Below the pieces are notes generated by a model. The model worked only from the letters and a program-made list of their open reading frames with translations. It had not been told where the DNA came from and did no database searches. A DNA stretch of 64,000 nucleotides. It comes from Octopus vulgaris (Eukaryota). The translations under genes were made by a program, and so were the position numbers. Shown piece after piece: positions 55,418-64,000 of this stretch (its first letter is position 1; each line of letters starts with the position of its first letter). Where the stretch lies: NCBI GenBank assembly GCA_951406725.2, contig OX597821.1, positions 15,996,001-16,060,000 on the forward strand, written 5' to 3'.

Positions 55418-55541
55418 TCGACGGTCTTCCGTCTACCAAATCCACTCACAAGGCTTTGGTTAGCTCGAGGCTATAGTAGAAGACACTTGCGTAAAGTGCC
55501 GTGCAGTGAGACTGAACCGGAACCACAGACATTCCTGCGCC
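55147..55541 (-). mobile_element. SINE family 1, diverged, with expanded internal (TA)n
   Basis: ttgtttcagtcatt..ttttgccgaaccgcta..ccgtctaccaaatccactcacaagg..cctgcgcc. Confidence 0.8.
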
Positions 55542-58500
55542 TATAACAATATATGGTTATTCTATTGTTGGCTAAGATTCCTTACGTATATTCTATCAGG
55601 TGTATAATTCAGCCTTTAGTTTAGTTGTATGATCGTACTCTAATAATTCATTTTACCTTATCCCCAAGTCTTGAAATTTCTCGAGACAAATCGATTAATA
55701 TCGAAATGGAGAATTTTGAACCCAGAAGGTAAAGTCCAATGAAATACCGATAAGTTATTTTTTCTTTCAGCACGGTAACGATTCTGCGAGGTCGCCTCCT
55801 TCGAGCTTACACTAACCAGAGAAAACAAATTCGTATGTTAAACTGTCTTTAATGTCGTCTAAATATATAAGGCCTATTTAAGCCGTTAAATTTCAAAAGT
55901 AGTTTGACAGTTATACTGCGGATTTTATATTGGTACTCAATTTTAAAATATCTTTCTGAAATTATCTGTGATATAAGCCAAGTTTACTGCTTGTTGAGCG
56001 ATTACTACCGCTATATTATATTCGCAATTAATATCAATAAAATCACGTCTGTAATCACCGGAAAAGATAAATATATGATTTATAACATTGTGGGCTGTTA
56101 TTATGTATTTGTTGCTATGTAATTTTGGTTATGACGATGATTATATACCAATAGATTACCCTACAGCATTCTAGCAATAGAAATTAAAATTTATATCTCA
56201 ATGTTGAAAACAGGTCAATTACGACCAGGTAGAGGTGTTACATACAGTTATGTATATTTATTACAGGTTTATTGAGCGAATTAAAAAAAGGAAGGAATTA
56301 ACGAAGTTTAGGTAGGTACAGAAATAAGTACATAGTTAACTGGGTGGAGAGATGGGTGTATATGAGCGCGTATGTACATGAGTGTGTGTAGTTAGGCACT
56401 TAGATGAATAAACGTGTGGTAGTAATATTATTCAATGCGTATATAGATGGAACGTAAAAGGTTTAGAAGACACACACAAACACACACACGTACATAAAAG
56501 GAGAAAGAGAGAGAGAGGGATATAGACAGAGACAAGGGACAGAATAGTAAGCAGATACATGAAAACCACAGATCGATCAAAGTTTATTGAAATGATGTTA
56601 CACCTTTATCGAGATATAATCACAATACACATCGGTAGTTCTATGTTTCAAAATTGTGCACATAAAGCTAAACAAATGCTCGGACTGAAAGGATATATAT
56701 TTTCCTAAGACGGGTACACTTCCATCTGTTTCCTGTGGAAATACAATCGATTAAATCAATTCTCACTATTCATCTGTTGATTATTTTATAGACACTGGGT
56801 GGACGAAAGTCCCATTTTACACACTCGAATTCGAGCTCAGAATATAATGGAACGTAGTTTAACTTGATGCATTTCTCAGTCACTCTCACAATTCTCCTCT
56901 AGCACTCTTCTCTAACATGAATGTTAAAACAATGGACCATGAAAGAATTTGTACCGATATGATAATATCTCATGCCAGCTGTTCCTTTCCTTGGAATCCT
57001 ATATGCAATATGCAGTCAGCTAGTTAGGTTAAATCGGTATAGTCTCTTTCCCTACGTAGAAACAATAGGAAATTTATCAATTCAATGTATCAAAACTGAT
57101 CTTTGGTTCTTCAGCTATTTTGATTGTTAGGTTTACTCAAGAAATCTGCCGATATATTTGAAATACTAGAAGATTTCTCTGCATTAAGTATAATGTGTTA
57201 TAATGTTATCTGCAATCAAATTAATGGTTGTATTTGCAGACGTATTTTATGGGTCCATCTATGCAGAGAAAATGATACATAATATATAAAATGTATTTCT
57301 TGTAGAATCCCGAGAAATACATTTTCTAAGAGATTTATGGCTGTATTTATTGCTTTGAAAATCTATTAACAAAGTTAGACATAATATTGTAACCAACATA
57401 CCTAATGACAGATATAAACGCATTATGCTAATATAGTTTTCTTATGACTAGGAACCATTGAAGTGCAGATAAGACACAAGATGTTATGTTACTCATATCT
57501 ACAGTTTGTATTTCATTTCAGTTTGGGAAATTTTAACTTAATGAATGAGGCATTAATAGATACAGTAATATAGATTTATATCGAATGGTGAGCGATACGA
57601 CGTATTGTATTGTACTTGCCAAACCACAGTGAAGTTACTGAAAATTATTGATTCCTGAAACGGCATGACACTTGAGTTATATACATGACTGGAAAAGCAG
57701 TATGTTCTTTCTTAATTCAACGCAAACTTTCAAGGTAACAAAAAGGAAGTAGCCGAGTCCCCGAAAAGATTACTATAACAATATACTTCCACTAATTCGA
57801 ATAACACAAGTTGAAGGAATTTTCGGTATTTTATATACGAATGCTGTTGTCTGATATTACCTTTATCATTCAATTCTGCGTTATCCTACGAACCGGATAA
57901 AGTAATTTCTTTAGAATATCTTAAATGTATTTTTGATCTTTTAATTAATATCATCAAAATTTATATCAAACTTAATTTAGTATCAATTGATCACTTTAAA
58001 TGTTTATTAAACTTTAGAATTTTTTAATACCTTGTAATATTCAAAATTAAAGTTCATCTGAATTCATATACACGTATTAGCAATTATCTTTCAAATAAAT
58101 TCGTCGTTATCTATTCTAATCGATAAAATGTTTGTCAGAATAAACTCATGAAGTTTATAGCAACCTATGATTAGAATGTCAATACAGAAACATGCATGAA
58201 GTACTATAAATGGTAAATAAAATGTCCATAATTATCATATTTTAATGGGTTCTGTTGTGATTCACTCCATAATTATACACCAGTTGGATTTGCAACGAAT
58301 GTGTTTAAAGAATATAAGTATAATACTCAGGCATTCATAATACTTTAATAAATCATTTTTGCAGCATTCTAGTATAAAATTAGACATTGTATACAAGAAT
58401 AATGTATATAATCTTAGATGTTTTATAAACTTAATATCCTGTAATATTTCTTCGCCCAGCGTAAGAATGTGACTTTAGCAGGACAGGAAGTTAGTGCACG

Positions 58501-59039
58501 AAATTTCCAAGTACATTTTAAGCGTTCACCTCTACGACGAATTACCTATATGCCACAATATTAACGGTGATACAGTTCAGTATTAGGTACAATGGAGATC
58601 CGAATTTTTGACAAATAGTTGTGAACATTACTCACCATTTTCACATGTCTATAAGGACACTCGCCTTTTAAATTTTGTTTGCAGTATGCAAAATAGAAAA
58701 GCACTTAAACAGCATGAGTAAGAAATTTCAATTGAATTACATTTGCTCTATAGGACATGGTATAATAGATGCCTGTATTTCGCTAAAACATGCTGTTTGT
58801 CTACTTCCAGCTAAATGGATGAAGAATGAGTTGTTTCACAGCTAACCCAAATAGCTTTCATTCTAAAAGCTCTTTTCAGTTTTAACATTCAATGAACTTT
58901 GGGCTTGATTTCTGATGGTTTATAAATAATAATGTATTTATATAAACTTGGCATTTTCTGGTATTGACTTAAAAATATATATATATATATATTTGTCCTT
59001 GATAACTTATTTTAACATTGTGTAATTGTCTTTATTCAG

Positions 59040-59042
59040 TCT
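59040..59042 (+). other. Candidate 3-nt microexon (TCT)
   Basis: ttgtctttattCAG|TCT|GTAAGT; no AG for ~155 nt upstream. Confidence 0.35.
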
Positions 59043-59993
59043 GTAAGTAAAATAAAAATGTATAATATGAAATTTTGCAGAAAATGAAGTTCTTATAAGC
59101 AATTATAGTAAACTGGGCCTGTCTATATTAAATATAAGTAGACTGCATCTTTTCTGAAATGAAGTTACATTTATGCTTACAATTTTAATATAGGATGTAG
59201 TTAGATTGTCTTCAGCTAACAAATATTTTAAAAGAATATTCATAACAGTTGAAATTACCAAAGTAAAGACAGTTCAAATTACTAATGTCTTTTCAAGCAA
59301 TTTGACGTTTCGAATTCACAAAATTAAATAATACGATAACAATCACTGAACTGCACATTATTATGGAGTTTGTATACTGGACATTTTAAATTTACCTGAA
59401 ATAACAAGCCTAATCATGAAATGCATGGCATACTGACATTGATTCCAATTATCGTTTAATATATAGCCAGTGAATATGCCCGTTGTTTTCATTTTTGCTT
59501 ATGCGTTTCGAATATACAACAGGTTCATTAAGCAGTAATACATCTCACATTCCTAAGTAAAGAATCAATAAATAATTTCCATTTATCTCTTCAATCAGTC
59601 ACTGAAGATATTAGTTTCTGTTAAACCTTGCTCATATATATCCGCTATCTGCACATATGCAAAAATATTCATTTTCTATGTGGAATGTTGGAAATGTTTC
59701 TTTTATAGAATATTACTGAGTTCCTACCTCAGAATATTGAAATAGATATTAATGAGAAAGATATTGCAGAAGAACCAGTAGGTACTTAACATTGATTAAA
59801 GCCATATAGTTCTATATCAGACTGTTAAACATCATTCCTTAGACAATTAAGCAACAGAAAAGCAAAGTTAACAGAACGATTCAGTGCAAGTTTAAAAGCG
59901 CACTCATTATCTTTTGTTTCATTTCAATACAAGGAATACAACATAGCTTTTTATCCTTACGTTATATTATATTTATTGTTAAAGATTCTTGAT

Positions 59994-60402
59994 ACTCTTT
60001 ACTCTTTTACTTGTTTCAGTCATTTGGACAGTGGCCATGCGAGAGCACCGCCTTTAGTCGAGCAAATCGACCCCGGGAATTATTCTTTGTAAGCCCAGTA
60101 TTTATTCTATCGGTCTCTTTTGCCGAACCGCAAAGTGACGGGGACATAAACACACCAGCATCGGTTGTCAAGCAATGCTAGGGGACAAACATACGCACAA
60201 ACATATATACACACATATATATATATATATACATATATACGACATGCTTCTTTCAGCTTCCGTCTACCAAATCCACCCAGAAGGCATTGGTCGGCCCGAG
60301 GCTATAGCAGAAGACACTTGCCCAAAATGCCACGCAGTGGAACAGAACCCGGAACCATGCGGTTGGTTAGCAAGCTACTTACCATACAGCCACTCCTGCG
60401 CC
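59994..60402 (-). mobile_element. tRNA-derived SINE family 1, full length
   Basis: Reverse-complement match to 22693-23084. Confidence 0.92.
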
Positions 60403-60974
60403 TATCTGCAAATATTTGCTTATAAATATTTACTTAAGAACTTTCTAATGGTATTTAAATTGTGATTATTCAAGTGTGCAATAGTTTTGAAGGAAAAATA
60501 TCTCACAAAACAGAATTTTTCTCTCACAAAGAAGGAAAATCACGTTTAGGGTTCCACTAAGTACGCATTTTAAAATTCAAATATAGATGTTGCGTAAGAA
60601 AGTGTTTTTGTTTGAAAGATTTCAATCTTCAACTATTTGTTTCCAAGTGTACCGAGTTGTAGGCTGAAATTATAAATTGAAGACTAAGATAATAGCGAGA
60701 TATATATAATGAGTACACACAACAGCAGATATGTTTAACTTTTAGTCTTTTACTTTTGGTCGTCATAACACGTAATGAAAAGTGTATTACTAAGCGGCCG
60801 TATAATTAGGACCAACGGGAGCTAAATTTCAGGAGATCTCATAAAGAGAAGGAAACTAGCAGCATTCCGTATTCAATACGAACTATGAAAAATCAGAGTG
60901 AATAAGTTCATTAAAAAAAAGAGACCAACAATAAGCATTCTGTTTCGTCCGAGAACAAATCAAGAACACATCGT

Positions 60975-61052
60975 GTGTGAGTGGATTTGGTAGACGGAAA
61001 CTGAAAGAAGCCCATCGTATATATGTATATATATATGCGTGTGTGTGTTTGT
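60975..61052 (+). mobile_element. SINE family 1 internal fragment
   Basis: tgtgagtggatttggtagacggaaactgaaagaagcc. Confidence 0.75.
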
Positions 61053-62664
61053 TAATCCGACACAATTGTATAAAATATTAAGCATAGATGCTGTGCAATG
61101 GAGTTGTAACGTGGTCATCTAATTCAAACGATGACATTTTTCCCGCGCGCAGTGATGATGTAAAATTATATGTATAGATACATGACATAATTTCACTGAG
61201 AAAGCATTAATCATCATAGAACTATAGTAGAAGGCATTTATCCAAGGTGCTGAACAGGAATGCTGAACGTATAAATACATATCTGCGAAGCGCAATGTCT
61301 AACCATATGACCATGCCAGTGCCAGACGTACAAGAATGAAGTTAGTTTCAAAAATAAAATGAAAATCCTAAAGCGGTGAGTAACAATTGCAAAGATTTGA
61401 ACAAAAGGCTGGCACGTTTGATATTTGCGCAACCAACATTCTGTGAATATTTGTTGTTCAAAGGAAGTTAAAATCAATGACGAGACGACGAAATATTTGC
61501 TCTGATCTACTCAACTGCACTATGTTCTAATCTAACGCAGCTTACCGTTGTTTATATTACAAGTCACCGGCTGTATACGATATATTTAGCACGACATATC
61601 GACAATATCTTTCTTCTTAGAATGGCCTTCCACAAACAGCGTAAGCACTAGCATTAAAAGAAAATGTCTATTTCATAGGTTATTGAATGTTTTGTTAAAC
61701 TCTTTGTGATACTGCTAATGTTATGACATCATAGTTGATAGATTTCTTGCTGATATTGCATTGCTTTTGTTAAGCTTAAAGATTTCGCTGAAATAAAGTT
61801 TTTGACTGACACCATATAACCCGAGTTGACTATTTTCATTGATATTCCTAATGTTCTGCTGATATGAAGATCACGAGTTCCTATTATAAAAATATTAAGA
61901 GATATATTGATGTGATATGAAATATAAATTTTATTGCCGAGTAAGAAATGTGATTGTTAATTTACAAAATAGCCATATCAGTGATCGGGATACTATTATT
62001 GGACTCAAAATGTTTTCATTCGAGAAAGTCTGTTCCGTTGCTGTCCAGGACTGACCAATACCTTGCAGGTGAGTTTGACAGAAGGACACAATGTGAAAAC
62101 GTGTGATATACGTAAATGAGTGTCTGTGTATGTATTTCTTTACCACTGCATAGTTTGACCGCCGGTGTTGGTTTGTTTACCAAGCCATTCAGCAAAACAG
62201 AAACAGAATAATTGCTATACGTCCAAACGAGTACTGGTGAGCGATTAACTCTGCTGTGGTGCCCAGCATGTACTTAATCCAATGATTGAAAGCACTGATA
62301 TGTAAAAGAAAATACATCGCGTATCATTATAGATGTACTCTGCTCTTTTTTCATGTGCTATACTTAAAAATATTAACTTCTATTCCTATAGTTCGGGCGG
62401 TATACAAGAGACCAGCTTCTCAAATGTTTTTTGAAACACTTCCCGTGTGTTAGGACACAGAAATCTGTTAAAATGAAGTCAATTTTTGTATTTATTCCTA
62501 CATCAAAATTTGGTTTTCACTTTAGCGTACGTCACGGTTTCCACGCACAGGATTTTCACCAAAAAACATCGGGGAATTATTTGCTTCCTAGTTATCTTTC
62601 CTAGGGTTTTAGTGACACTGCTTAATGCAACTTTTCTGCCAACAGGTAAGACTAAGATTTTAAG

Positions 62665-62892
62665 ATTACCCTGTATCTATATCTGACCAGTGAGGGGAAG
62701 CGGCTGAGCTCCCCTGTTGGAAGGTTATAATGGACACAGGTTCGGGTGACATATAGCTAGCTAGAGGCGATGACCTCTTGGAGCTAATCAGCGGCAGCTT
62801 TAGTCTTATATTTATGGACTGCCATATTAGCTTGGCGATAACTGTTAATTTCCAGTACCGCTGGCGTAGTCTCCTTTAGAGAGACTTAGAAA
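62665..62892. other. GC-richer multi-hairpin island of unknown origin
   Basis: Six or more perfect short stems in 230 nt, followed by (TA)n. Confidence 0.45.
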
Positions 62893-62896
62893 TATT

Positions 62897-62982
<86 letters not shown>

Positions 62983-62985
<3 letters not shown>

Positions 62986-63220
62986 TTACTTGTTTCAGTC
63001 ATTTGACTGCGGTCATACCGGAGCACTGCCTTTAGTCGAACAGACCGACCCCAGGACTTATTCTTTTTAAGTGTAATGCTTATTCTATCGGAATCTTTTC
63101 TCGAACCACCAAGTTACGGAGGTGTAAACACACCAACATCGGTTGTCCAACGATGGTTGGGGTGACAAACACAAACACACACTCACATACACGCATACAC
63201 ACACACACACACACACACAC
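62983..63220 (-). mobile_element. SINE family 1, 3' half
   Basis: ttttacttgtttcagtcatttgactgcgg..cgaccccaggacttattc..acaccaacatcggttgtc. Confidence 0.85.
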
Positions 63221-63757
63221 TATATATATATATATAACATGTAGTTTTCTTGTGTGTTTAAATATACACTATTTTATATCGAAAATATGTTGTCTATTGA
63301 CTATTTATACTTGCTAGGTTACTGGTAGTAATATTTCTAAAAATATTCGCTATCCTATGTATGTATCTTACGAATATGATCTTAGCATTTTCAAAGAATC
63401 AGCTCGGCATTATCCATTAACTTCCGACTGAAACTGCGCTTGAGTGTTGAAATTTGAAAAATTATAACATATAATGATGACACGTGTTATTTGTCTCTGA
63501 ATTATAAGTTAGTTGTTAAGGCACGTTTACTGATGAGAATTCGCCTGGCAAATTATTTTATTTGCTAAAGAAATTTGAAACTTAGGTATAACCGCAAAAA
63601 ATAACAATTTTTAATTCCCTTTGAACATTGCTACTAATTGTGGTTTTGGTCGATTTGACTGATTCTTCTAGCGTGTAAACATTACCTGTTAAAGGTAGTT
63701 TTCTTTTGTGTTTAGTTGTACACTATTTTATATTGAGTATATATATATATATATATA

Positions 63758-64000
63758 CTTTATTTAAAGCAGCAAAAAATTCAACAAAATCTGTTACCTT
63801 TTTTTTTTAAAGGTGTAGCGTTTGTAAGAGTCTAGATTGAATTGATATATCGGTTCCATTCTAGCAAAAACTGTCTGATCAACGGCAACGAGAAACTCAG
63901 ATTAACAGATTTTGTTGAATTTTCTGCTGCTTTAAATAAAGCATATTACTCTACCACTGGTATTTGAGTACTCTTCTTTCCAACTTGTTTCACATTTATG
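63758..64000 (+). mobile_element. Penelope-like end: 39-bp inverted repeat (63758-63796 / 63903-63941) with degenerate hammerhead (63871-63908)
   Basis: ctttatttaaagcagca..ctgtta / taacag..tgctgctttaaataaag; CTGT-CTGATCA-ACGgcaaCGA-GAAA-CTCaGAT-TA-ACAG. Confidence 0.55.

Noticed and set aside
58460-58460. 1-nt 'exons' CAG|C|GTAAG here and at 61640
   Set aside because: Too weak to distinguish from chance without RNA data.

Overview
AT-rich, repeat-dominated animal genomic DNA. The SINE repertoire and (TA)n load resemble an octopus/cephalopod genome (inference). No conventional multi-codon host exon is recognisable; nearly all long ORFs in the track are microsatellite artefacts or retroelement ORFs. 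Contents: (i) two clusters of 5'-truncated CR1-group LINE copies (2.9-6.9 kb and 48.1-50.4 kb), each an inverted pair embedded in (TA)n-derived satellites, one with a 340-bp near-perfect palindrome; (ii) at least five sequence families of type I hammerhead-ribozyme motifs in Penelope-like terminal-repeat remnants, mostly within inverted repeats, including an intact inverted pair at 45.9/46.4 kb; (iii) many tRNA-derived SINEs, one family sharing a covarying 3' double hairpin with the LINEs; (iv) an internally deleted Gypsy element, two non-autonomous Helitrons and Tc1/mariner remnants; (v) a series of candidate plus-strand microexons (2-48 nt), suggesting the window lies inside a very long-intron gene; (vi) two unexplained GC-richer multi-hairpin islands. 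All calls were made by eye, without alignment, folding or database tools.
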